Source of the DNA: Christensenella sp. UBA1428
GTDB lineage: Bacteria; Bacillota; Clostridia; Christensenellales; UBA1750
Reading direction: 5' to 3'
NCBI GenBank assembly: GCA_002329335.1
Contig: DCTY01000024.1
Location: 3,632-67,631 of the forward strand
Length of the DNA: 64,000 bases
Below are positions 9,641 through 18,006 of this stretch, one piece after another. Both the position numbers and the translations under genes were made by a program. The notes beneath the pieces were generated by a model. That model was given only the letters and a program-made list of their open reading frames with translations. It was not told the origin of the DNA and did not search any database. The first letter of the stretch is position 1, and each line of letters begins with the position of its first letter.

Positions 9641-9658
9641 GGTCGAATCGATTCGACC
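9641..9658 (+). promoter_or_regulatory. Perfect 18-bp palindrome, candidate BlaI-type operator
   Basis: GGTCGAATCGATTCGACC is its own reverse complement. It lies 7 nt downstream of the -10 and 4 nt upstream of the SD of the repressor gene. Confidence 0.55.
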
Positions 9659-9675
9659 GAAAGGAGGCTTACAGG

Positions 9676-10026
9676 ATGCCGGTTCCAAAAATCTTTGAAA
9701 GCGAATATCGGTTTTGTCTGGTGCTCTGGGAGCACGAGCCGATCAAAAGCACCGATTTGGCCAAACTTTGCAGGGAAAAGCTGGGATGGTCCAAAACCAC
9801 CACCTATACGGTGATCAAACGCTTGAGCGCGCGTGGCGTCGTAAAAAATGAAAATACCATCGTCTCTTCCCTGATCACCAAAGAAGAAGCGCAGCGCAGC
9901 GAGCTGGACGAATTGATGGAAAAAAAGTTCGAAGGTTCCCTGCCCGCGTTTATTGCCGCTTTTGCCAAGCGCCAGGCGCTTTCGGACACGCAAATTGAGC
10001 AAATCCGGCAAATCATCAACCAATAG
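9676..10026 (+). CDS. BlaI/MecI/CopY family transcriptional repressor
   Basis: Start moved to ATG 9676 (SD AGGAGG at 9662-9667). Winged-helix region WSKTTTYTVIKRLSARGVV, ~116 aa, directly upstream of an M56 BlaR1-like gene. Confidence 0.85.
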   Translation: MPVPKIFESEYRFCLVLWEHEPIKSTDLAKLCREKLGWSKTTTYTVIKRLSARGVVKNENTIVSSLITKEEAQRSELDELMEKKFEGSLPAFIAAFAKRQALSDTQIEQIRQIINQ

Positions 10027-10037
10027 GGGGGCGCGCC

Positions 10038-11807
10038 ATGGAAGCCCTGTTTTTAAAGCTGGTAAATCTGAGCCTGACCGCCGGTTATCTGGTACTGGCA
10101 GTGATGCTGGCGCGGCTTGTTTTTCGCCGGATGCCCAAATGGACCGCCTGTGTTTTATGGGGTCTTGTCGCGCTGCGGCTGATCTGTCCGGTATCCCCTG
10201 AAAGCACGCTGAGCCTGATCCCCAGCAGCGAGCCGATCCCCCGGGAATTTATCGATACGCCGACGCCGCAAATTCAAACCGGCATTGCCGCCGTCAACCA
10301 TGCAGTCAACCCGATACTGTCCGCCGCCATGACCCCTGCGCCCGGCGACAGCGCCAATCCGGCGCAGGTTCTGAGCTTCATATTATCCCGGGTTTGGTTT
10401 GCCGGCATGATGCTGATGCTCCTGTACGCCGGCATCAGCTGGCTGCTGCTCCGCCGCCGCGTTGCCGCCGCTACGCTGCTGCAAAAAAACATCAAGCGCA
10501 GCGAGCAGATATCCGCGCCCTTTGTCCTTGGCCTGTTCCGGCCGGTCATTTACCTGCCCGATTCAATCCTCAAAGAAGATATGCCCTACGTCCTTGCGCA
10601 CGAGCAGGCGCACATCCGGCGCAGGGATCATTGGTGGAAGCCTATGGGGTTTTTGCTGCTTGCCATCTACTGGTTTCATCCCCTGCTCTGGGCCGCGTAT
10701 GCGCTGCTGTGCCGCGATATCGAAGCCGCCTGCGATGAAAAAGTCGTCCGCGGCATGCAGCGGGACGATGTGCGTGGCTATTGCACCGCGCTTTTAAACT
10801 GCGCCGTTCGCCGGCGTTCAATGGCCGCCTGTCCGCTTGCCTTTGGCGAAACCGGCGTCAAAAACCGGATTCTCTCCGTGATGCGGTATCGAAAGCCGGC
10901 GTTTTGGGTCGTTGTCCTGGCCGTTGCCGCATGCATTTTTCTGGCCGTCTGTTTTCTGACCAATCCCATGCAGCCCGCCAGGCCCACGTCCTGGTCGAGT
11001 CTTGAGGAAGCTTCTCAAAACTATTCCCAGCAGCAGGCAGCCATGGACGGCTGCGTCGTGATCGATGGCAGCACGCTGATTGCCGGCCAGCGGCTCTGGG
11101 CGGACTTTGTCAATCAGACGAGCGCAGGCCGCCCTGCATCCGTACGGATTTATCAGGCGTATTCCGACCCCACCCCCTGCTATTTTGTCAAAGATCTTTC
11201 CTATGACGGGCAAAGCTATCTGCTGCGCTTTTACGACCGGACCGGCGATACCGGGGAGGCGTTTCTGTCCGAAGAAAAATACCGCTGTTTAAACCGGAGC
11301 ATCGATACGCGCAATCCCCAGGAATTCATCGGCGAATATTATCTGCTGGCAGACAGCCCGGACGCATCCGCCCGCGGATATTTTAACGCGCTTGCTTCCT
11401 CCGCAATGCTGCCAGAATCCACCCTCTACCGCCATTGCGCCCCCATTTACTGCTGCGCGGTCGATCCGGAATATGCCCGGCAGGCGCAATATGGCATCGC
11501 CTTTGCCGATATCGACGGCGACGGTGCTGACGAAAAATGCCTGCTGGGGCGCGGACAAACATCCGGCGTGTTTACGTTTACCCTGACGGTCTACGAAAAT
11601 AACCGGTTGGAATACGCCCCTGTGTACCGCACCGCATTTTATGCGCTGAGCTTTGTGCAAAACGCGGACGGCGCCCTTCAAATCAAGGGCGTTTCGCAGG
11701 GCGACGCTCCAAAAACACATCTGTTTGATCTGTCGGTGCAGGACGGCGCCGTGGTGCTTTTGGAAGATGGCGCCGAAATTTGGCCGATCAACCGGATTTC
11801 AAATTAA
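10038..11807 (+). CDS. M56 family (BlaR1/MecR1-like) membrane metalloprotease signal transducer with non-canonical extracellular domain
   Basis: N-terminal TM helices and HExxH zinc motif (AHEQAHIRRRDHWWK). The ~290-aa C-terminal domain is not penicillin-binding-like and contains an FG-GAP/VCBS-like FADIDGDGADEKCLL. Confidence 0.85.
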   Translation: MEALFLKLVNLSLTAGYLVLAVMLARLVFRRMPKWTACVLWGLVALRLICPVSPESTLSLIPSSEPIPREFIDTPTPQIQTGIAAVNHAVNPILSAAMTPAPGDSANPAQVLSFILSRVWFAGMMLMLLYAGISWLLLRRRVAAATLLQKNIKRSEQISAPFVLGLFRPVIYLPDSILKEDMPYVLAHEQAHIRRRDHWWKPMGFLLLAIYWFHPLLWAAYALLCRDIEAACDEKVVRGMQRDDVRGYCTALLNCAVRRRSMAACPLAFGETGVKNRILSVMRYRKPAFWVVVLAVAACIFLAVCFLTNPMQPARPTSWSSLEEASQNYSQQQAAMDGCVVIDGSTLIAGQRLWADFVNQTSAGRPASVRIYQAYSDPTPCYFVKDLSYDGQSYLLRFYDRTGDTGEAFLSEEKYRCLNRSIDTRNPQEFIGEYYLLADSPDASARGYFNALASSAMLPESTLYRHCAPIYCCAVDPEYARQAQYGIAFADIDGDGADEKCLLGRGQTSGVFTFTLTVYENNRLEYAPVYRTAFYALSFVQNADGALQIKGVSQGDAPKTHLFDLSVQDGAVVLLEDGAEIWPINRISN

Positions 11808-11850
11808 AAAACTCAGCGCAAAAAGCCTCCCCCCTGCGCGCAAAATCAAA

Positions 11851-11888
11851 AGAGCAGCCGGTTCCATTTTTGAAACGGCTGCTCTTTT
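11851..11888. terminator. Bidirectional terminator between convergent blaR1-like and PQQ-repeat genes
   Basis: AGAGCAGCCG-N15-CGGCTGCTCT with an A-run upstream and a T-run downstream. Confidence 0.75.
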
Positions 11889-11972
11889 CCTGTTCAAAAG
11901 CAACGATAATCCCATTTGCAGGCAAAAGCCGCAAATTCTCTGCCGGGCTGCGGCTCGCTCCCCGCCGGCGCT

Positions 11973-13724
11973 TTACTGCACCGTAAACGACCAGATCTGC
12001 TGACCGCGCGTGCCAACCACCAGCGTATTGCCAAACGCCGCCGGGCTGCCCTCAATGTTCGCGCCCAGTGAAATCTGATCCAGAATCTCACCGTCCGTAC
12101 CGCGGATCAGATAAACGCGGCCCGCCGCATCGCAAACGATCAGGTATCCCTTCCCCTCCGGCGTATACAGCGGCACGGGCGAACTCCAGCCAAACGTCCG
12201 CATCTGCTTTTCCCACACGATTGCCCCGCTTTGCTTATCCACCGCCAGCAGCGTGCCCGCGCCGCCGGAGACCTGTGTGCGCGCAATCCAGAAAAAGACC
12301 ATCTGCTCCAGCTCATTTTTCCCCGATACCGGCGTAGCCAGCAGCCCGCCGTTGACGTCCTCGTTAAAATAGCACGCATAGCGGTGTTCCCAAAGCACCG
12401 TTCCGTTCATCGCGTCATAACGGCGCAGCACGCTTTGCCCAAGATTGCCCTGTTTGTCCACCTCGCACCCGGTATACAGCGACACCGACCCATCCGGCAT
12501 CACATCCAGCACAACGCTTGCATCGCTGTCATCCTGGTTGACGTCCACCCATACCGGAGACATCGTGTTTAAATCGACGCACTGCACCGTACCGGAATTA
12601 TCGGCAAAATATGCATAATGATGATACACCGCCGGCGAATTTTCAATTCCCAGCTGCACCGTATGATTGGCCTGATACCGGTACCGGACAATCTCGGGAT
12701 CAATCGATACCGTCCCCGCCTGCGGATCAAAAACGCTGTTGAGCACAACGGTATATAAAATACCGTTTTCGCCGCATAATATCAGCGTATCAGACGCGCC
12801 GTCCACCAGCGGAACCGAATCAAACGCGCGCCAATACCGCAAATTAAAGCTGTCCGCGCCGTTGATAAACAACAGCACGCTCGAATCGATCAGGCTGAAC
12901 ACCCGATAGCCCATGTCCCCGGTCACGCCGCCGTTTTCGCCGATCCCCTGCCCGCAGTACAAAAGCGGATATCCGCGCGGGTCCACGCAAACGCTGCCCT
13001 TGATGGGAAACCCAATGTCGATCGGATCGCGGGTAAAGGATCCGTCCTGCAAATCCAGGAAATAGATTTTCCCATCCATCGCCGCATAGATGACCTCGAC
13101 CAGATCGTCCTTTTGCTTTTTTTCCTCATAAATGTTCATCACCTGAATCGTCTCGCGCGGCCATTTGACAATCGCCGGCTGTCCATTCCAGCCAACGCCC
13201 GTCCATTTATCGATTCCGCCGATCCCCAGCGACCAACCCTTTTTCAGCGTCTCCGACGCAATCTGCGCAGTGCCGTACGCCGGCGCATCGCGAAAATGAT
13301 TGCCCCGGAAGGTCAATACCCCGGCAATCTGCGTATATTGCTCGGGCAAACCCATCGCAATCGGCGCCGCGCGCAGGTAATCGCTGACCATTTGCCCCTG
13401 TGCCTGCACCTGATACGAATACCCCAGCGTCGCCCGCCCGGGGTCGCTTTGCTGCGTACAGGACGCCTCCAGCATCGGCGTCGGCGTGGGCTCGGGCGTC
13501 GGCTCCGCCGTTGCCTCCGGCGCGGCGGTAAAGGTCGGCTGCACCGTGGGCGCGGGCGTCGGCGGCAATGTCGCGGCCCATGGCCGCGCTGCAATCGGCG
13601 CAGCCGTCTTTTCGTTTTTCGTTCCCGGCATATCCGCCGCCAAAAGCAGCACCATCCCTGCCAATACCGCAAGACATAAGCCCAGAAGGAAAAGATACCG
13701 ATCGTTCCTGCCCCGTTTTGCCAT
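11973..13724 (-). CDS. Membrane-anchored secreted protein with Pro/Thr-rich linker and PQQ-like beta-propeller repeats
   Basis: N-terminal anchor LFLLGLCLAVLAGMVLLL, then linker PTPAPTVQPTFTAAPEATAEPTPEPTPTP. Repeated patterns GTVLWEH / GAIVWEK / DGKIYFLD resemble BamB/PQQ-type propellers. SD AAAGGAG. Confidence 0.7.
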   Translation of the reverse strand: MAKRGRNDRYLFLLGLCLAVLAGMVLLLAADMPGTKNEKTAAPIAARPWAATLPPTPAPTVQPTFTAAPEATAEPTPEPTPTPMLEASCTQQSDPGRATLGYSYQVQAQGQMVSDYLRAAPIAMGLPEQYTQIAGVLTFRGNHFRDAPAYGTAQIASETLKKGWSLGIGGIDKWTGVGWNGQPAIVKWPRETIQVMNIYEEKKQKDDLVEVIYAAMDGKIYFLDLQDGSFTRDPIDIGFPIKGSVCVDPRGYPLLYCGQGIGENGGVTGDMGYRVFSLIDSSVLLFINGADSFNLRYWRAFDSVPLVDGASDTLILCGENGILYTVVLNSVFDPQAGTVSIDPEIVRYRYQANHTVQLGIENSPAVYHHYAYFADNSGTVQCVDLNTMSPVWVDVNQDDSDASVVLDVMPDGSVSLYTGCEVDKQGNLGQSVLRRYDAMNGTVLWEHRYACYFNEDVNGGLLATPVSGKNELEQMVFFWIARTQVSGGAGTLLAVDKQSGAIVWEKQMRTFGWSSPVPLYTPEGKGYLIVCDAAGRVYLIRGTDGEILDQISLGANIEGSPAAFGNTLVVGTRGQQIWSFTVQ

Positions 13725-13849
13725 GAAGCCGCTCCTTTTGCGCTGCGCGCGTCAAAACTTTCAAATATAATATCTATAGCCCGATTCCCCCCATTTGTCA
13801 AGCTTTTGTCGTTTTTTTGCAGGACGACTCTTCGTTTTTGCTTTGCGCC

Positions 13850-13878
13850 GCATATTCGTCCCCACGCCGGGGAAAATA
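13850..13878 (+). promoter_or_regulatory. Forespore sigma-F/G-like promoter upstream of the Lon-type protease
   Basis: GCATA-N14-GGGGAAAATA compared with my recollection of the sigma-F consensus (GCATR...GGnRAnAnTW). B. subtilis lonB is sigma-F dependent. Consensus is from memory and not scored. Confidence 0.4.
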
Positions 13879-13906
13879 TCAAAGCGAATCAAAGGGGGGA
13901 TTTTCG

Positions 13907-15631
13907 ATGTTTTCCACCATTGTGGTATTGCTGCAGCTGACCATTTCCGCTATCATCGCCTATTGCCTGGTCGCACAGATGCGTGCAGGCAGCGCGCAGG
14001 GAACCACGCACCACAAGCGCAGCTATACCCGCGAAATGGAGCAGCTGCGCGCCATGCGCGCCGTACGGCTGAACCTGCCGCTCAACGAGGCCATCCGGCC
14101 TGCGGCCTTTGACCAGATCGTCGGGCAGGAACGCGGCCTGCGCGCGCTCTCGGCAATTTTGTCCAGCCCCAATCCGCAGCATATCATCATCTATGGCCCG
14201 CCCGGCGTAGGCAAAACCTGTGCGGCGCGCGTCGCGCTGGAAGAAGCAAAGAAAAGCGGCGCTTCGCCGTTTCGCAGGGACGCGCCGTTTATCGAAGTAG
14301 ACGCCACCACCATGCGCTTTGACGAGCGCGCCATCGCCGACCCGCTCATCGGTTCGGTACACGACCCGATCTATCAGGGCGCAGGCGCGCTGGGCGTCGC
14401 CGGCGTGCCTCAGCCCAAACCCGGAGCGGTCAGCAAAGCGCACGGCGGCATCCTTTTCATCGACGAAATCGGCGAACTGCATCCGGCACAGATGAACAAG
14501 CTGCTCAAAGTACTGGAAGACCGGCGCGTGCTGTTTGAAAGCGCATATTACGACCCGGAGGATCCCGCAACGCCGGCCTACATCCATGATATTTTCAAAA
14601 ACGGCCTGCCTGCGGACTTCCGCCTCATCGGCGCAACAACCCGTTCGCCCGACAGCCTGCCGCCAGCGCTGCGCTCACGCTGCATGGAACTGTACTTTAA
14701 TCCGCTGCTGCCCCAGCATCTGATGACCATCGCCAAAAACGCCGCACAGCGCGCAGGCTTTGACGCGCAGGAGGGCGTTGCGGAAATGATCTGCGCGCAC
14801 AGCCAGGGCGGACGGGACGCCGCCAATCTCACACAGATCGCCATCGGATTTGCCCAGGCGCAGGGCCGAAAGCAGCTGCTGCTGGACGATGTGCGCGAAG
14901 TAATCCGATGCGGCAACTACCTGCCCCGCCAAATGCGCAAAATTCTGCCGGAACCGCGGGTGGGCTGCGTCAATGCACTGGCTGTCGCGGGGCCCGGAAT
15001 GGGCATGGTGCTTTGGGTGCAGGCCAGCGCGCAGAAGGGCACGGGAAAATTTACCGTCACCGGCATCATCGACGAGGAAACCATGGACGGCGGCGGCAAA
15101 TCCGCGCACCGGATTTCGCAGGCCGGCTGTTCGGTGCGCAACGTGCAAACCGCGCTGCGCCACCTGGGCGCGGATCTGTCCGGTGTGGATATCCATGTCG
15201 ATTTTCCCGGCGGTATTCCCGTGGACGGCCCCTCTGCCGGCGTCGCCATGGCCATTGCCGTACTAAGCGCTCTGTGCGGCCGCGCGCCCGATAATACATT
15301 GGCCATCACCGGAGAACTGAGCATCGGCGGGCAGGCCATGCCGGTTGGCGGCATATTTGACAAGGCGGAAGCCGCAGCCAGAGCGGGCGCCGCAGCGGTG
15401 CTGGTTCCCGCTGAAAACATCGCCGAAGCCGAAGGCGCCGCCATCCCCGCCATCGCCTATGAGACGCTGGAACAAGCCGCCGGGCATCTGCTGCCGGGCG
15501 AACCGTTCCTCTTTTCCGGCGCCGGCCTGCCGCAGCCTGTCCCTGAATCCCCTGCCGCCGTCGCCTGCGCCAGCGCGCAGGAAGCCCCGCTGCCTGCCAA
15601 TACGCCGGTTTCGCAGGCGCAGCCGCTTTAA
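13907..15631 (+). CDS. Lon-family ATP-dependent protease, LonB/LonC (sporulation) type, membrane anchored
   Basis: Start moved to ATG 13907 (SD GGGGGG). N-terminal TM (IVVLLQLTISAIIAYCLV), Walker A GPPGVGKT, Walker B ILFIDEIGE. Lon protease domain with Ser in DGPSAGVAM and Lys in GGIFDKAEAA. Confidence 0.85.
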   Translation: MFSTIVVLLQLTISAIIAYCLVAQMRAGSAQGTTHHKRSYTREMEQLRAMRAVRLNLPLNEAIRPAAFDQIVGQERGLRALSAILSSPNPQHIIIYGPPGVGKTCAARVALEEAKKSGASPFRRDAPFIEVDATTMRFDERAIADPLIGSVHDPIYQGAGALGVAGVPQPKPGAVSKAHGGILFIDEIGELHPAQMNKLLKVLEDRRVLFESAYYDPEDPATPAYIHDIFKNGLPADFRLIGATTRSPDSLPPALRSRCMELYFNPLLPQHLMTIAKNAAQRAGFDAQEGVAEMICAHSQGGRDAANLTQIAIGFAQAQGRKQLLLDDVREVIRCGNYLPRQMRKILPEPRVGCVNALAVAGPGMGMVLWVQASAQKGTGKFTVTGIIDEETMDGGGKSAHRISQAGCSVRNVQTALRHLGADLSGVDIHVDFPGGIPVDGPSAGVAMAIAVLSALCGRAPDNTLAITGELSIGGQAMPVGGIFDKAEAAARAGAAAVLVPAENIAEAEGAAIPAIAYETLEQAAGHLLPGEPFLFSGAGLPQPVPESPAAVACASAQEAPLPANTPVSQAQPL

Positions 15632-15672
15632 CCGCGCAAACCGGTAGGCATTGCGAAAAAAATATGGTATAA

Positions 15673-15716
15673 TACCCCCTGTTAGATGATCGATTGCACA
15701 ACAGGGGGTATTTTCT
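15673..15716 (+). terminator. Intrinsic terminator after the Lon-type protease gene
   Basis: TACCCCCTGT-N18-ACAGGGGGTA followed by TTTTCTCTTT. Confidence 0.7.
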
Positions 15717-15825
15717 CTTTATCGGCGTTTCTGCCCCTTCTGATGCAATTTCCGTCGAAAAACTGCCCGGCAAGCGGTCGGTTTTTTATCCGGTCAATCC
15801 AATTTGTCAAGATTCGAGGAATATC

Positions 15826-18003
15826 ATGAAGCAGGTTCCCTTCATCCCCATGACCCGTCAGGAGCTCGGCGGCAAGCAGCCGGATTTTATCCTGGTCTGC
15901 GGCGACGCCTATGTCGACCATCCCTCCTTTGGCCATGCCATTGCCGGGCGCTATCTGCAGTCCCTGGGCTATACGGTGGGCATGATTGCCCAGCCGGACT
16001 GGCACAGCTGCGCCGATTTTATGCGCCTTGGCCGTCCGCGGCTGGCCTTTATCGCCGCGGCGGGCAACATCGACAGCATGGTGAACCATTATACTGCCGC
16101 CAAAAAAAGGCGCAGCGAGGATTATTACAGCCCCGGCAAAAAGGCCGGCCTGCGCCCGGACCGCGCCACCATTGTCTATTGCAACCGTATCCGGGAAGCA
16201 TATGACCATGCGCCGATCATCATCGCCGGGATCGAGGCCAGCCTGCGCCGTTTTGCCCATTATGATTACTGGGACGACGCCGTACGCCGTTCGATTCTGG
16301 TGGACTCCGGCGCAGATTTGCTGATCTACGGCATGGCCGAGCACGCCATGGAGGCGGTAAGCAAACGGCTGGCTCAGGGCGAACGCCTGGGCCGGATTCA
16401 CGGCGTTGCCGGTACCTGCTATCTGTCGGATGAAAAGCCTGCCGATGCAATTGAAATCGAGTCCTTTGAACAGGTCAAAGCGGACAAGCGCGCCTATGCC
16501 AAATGCTTTGGTACCCAATACGTTCAGCAGGATCCCATCCGCGGCAAAACGCTCGTTCAAAAGCATGGCGCGCAATACCTGGTGGCCGAAAAGCCCGCGA
16601 TGCCGCTGACCACCGCCGAGCTGGACGCGCTTTCCCGATTGCCGTATAACCGCACCTGGCACCCCAGCTATGACGCCGACGGCGGCGTGCCCGCCATCGA
16701 GGAGGTTAAATTTTCCATCACCGCCAACCGCGGCTGCTACGGCGAATGTGCGTTTTGTGCGCTGACGTTTCATCAGGGGCGCATCGTTCAGGCGCGCTCC
16801 ACCGAATCCATCGTCGAAGAAGCCAAATTGTTGACGCAGCTGCCCGACTTTAAGGGCTACATCCATGACATCGGCGGCCCAACCGCCAATTTTTCCGGCC
16901 CCGCCTGCGACAAACAGCTTCAGCACGGCGCCTGTGCAAACCGCCGCTGCCTGTCGCCCAAGCCCTGTCCCAATCTGAAGGTGGATCATACCCCGTATCT
17001 GCGCACGCTCGCCGCCGTACGCAGCCTGCCCGGTGTAAAAAAGGTCTTCGTCCGTTCCGGCGTACGTTTTGACTACGCCATGCTGGATCGATCCGACCGC
17101 TTTTTGCGCGAACTGGTGGAATATCATGTCAGCGGCCAGCTCAAGGTTGCGCCGGAGCATGTTTCGCCCAACGTCCTAAACCTCATGGGCAAACCCAATT
17201 GCGAGGTTTTTACCGCCTTTTGCGCCAAATATGACCAAATCAATCAAAAGCTCGGCAAAAAGCAGTTCATGGTGCCCTATTTCATGTCCAGCCATCCCGG
17301 CAGCACCTTAAACGACGCCGTTACGCTGGCGCTGTATATGCGCGATCACCATATCCGCCCAGAACAGGTCCAGGACTTTTATCCCACGCCCGGCACGCGC
17401 GCAACCTGCATGTATCACACCGGGCTGGATCCGCTGACCCTCAAACCCGTCTATGTCCCGAAAACCTATGAGGAAAAACGCATGCAGCGGGCGCTTTTGC
17501 AATACACCCGGCCTGAAAATCAGGCGCTTGTCCGAAAAGCGCTGACCTTGTGCGGCAGAGAAGACCTGATCGGCTATGGCAGGCAATGCCTCGTGCCGCC
17601 GCCGCACCGTCCCGGCAGGGACGCAAAATTCCCCGAACGCGTTGGCGGTTCGGATGCATTGGGCAAATCCGCAAAATCCCGTTCCGGCGCCCGTTCGGAT
17701 AAGGCGCAAAGCGCCCGGACGCATGCGGCCAGAACGCCGGCCGATGCAAAAGCCGCCGGACAGGGGACGAAAAAAGTGCAAAGCATACCGGCAAAACCGC
17801 AAAAACGCGCCGGGAAAGCCACCGGTCACGACGGTCTGAATCGTCCAGCAAACCGCCCGGAGAAGAACATCGCGGATGCCAAAAATCGCCGGCATCCGTC
17901 AGGCGCCGTAAAAAGCGGCGCGAAATCCGTCGTTTCCGAAAAAGACTTTGGGTCGGTTTCATCCAGGAAACCCGCGCCGAATTCATCCAAAGGCAGGCGA
18001 TAA
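15826..18003 (+). CDS. ygiQ: YgiQ family (UPF0313) radical SAM protein
   Basis: Start moved to ATG 15826 (SD GAGGAA). N-terminus is typical: PDFILVCGDAYVDHPSFGHAIAGRYL. Radical SAM CxxxCxxC present as CYGECAFC. Long Lys/Arg/Ala-rich disordered C-terminal tail. Confidence 0.9.
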   Translation: MKQVPFIPMTRQELGGKQPDFILVCGDAYVDHPSFGHAIAGRYLQSLGYTVGMIAQPDWHSCADFMRLGRPRLAFIAAAGNIDSMVNHYTAAKKRRSEDYYSPGKKAGLRPDRATIVYCNRIREAYDHAPIIIAGIEASLRRFAHYDYWDDAVRRSILVDSGADLLIYGMAEHAMEAVSKRLAQGERLGRIHGVAGTCYLSDEKPADAIEIESFEQVKADKRAYAKCFGTQYVQQDPIRGKTLVQKHGAQYLVAEKPAMPLTTAELDALSRLPYNRTWHPSYDADGGVPAIEEVKFSITANRGCYGECAFCALTFHQGRIVQARSTESIVEEAKLLTQLPDFKGYIHDIGGPTANFSGPACDKQLQHGACANRRCLSPKPCPNLKVDHTPYLRTLAAVRSLPGVKKVFVRSGVRFDYAMLDRSDRFLRELVEYHVSGQLKVAPEHVSPNVLNLMGKPNCEVFTAFCAKYDQINQKLGKKQFMVPYFMSSHPGSTLNDAVTLALYMRDHHIRPEQVQDFYPTPGTRATCMYHTGLDPLTLKPVYVPKTYEEKRMQRALLQYTRPENQALVRKALTLCGREDLIGYGRQCLVPPPHRPGRDAKFPERVGGSDALGKSAKSRSGARSDKAQSARTHAARTPADAKAAGQGTKKVQSIPAKPQKRAGKATGHDGLNRPANRPEKNIADAKNRRHPSGAVKSGAKSVVSEKDFGSVSSRKPAPNSSKGRR

Positions 18004-18006
18004 ATC

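Noticed and set aside
15665-15673. Extended -10-like TGgTATAAT just after the Lon-type protease gene
   Set aside because: There is no -35, and it is immediately followed by the lon terminator hairpin that shares its bases. It is most likely a fortuitous part of the terminator.
15682-17160. 492-aa minus-strand ORF
   Set aside because: It is the antisense shadow of ygiQ and has no motifs.
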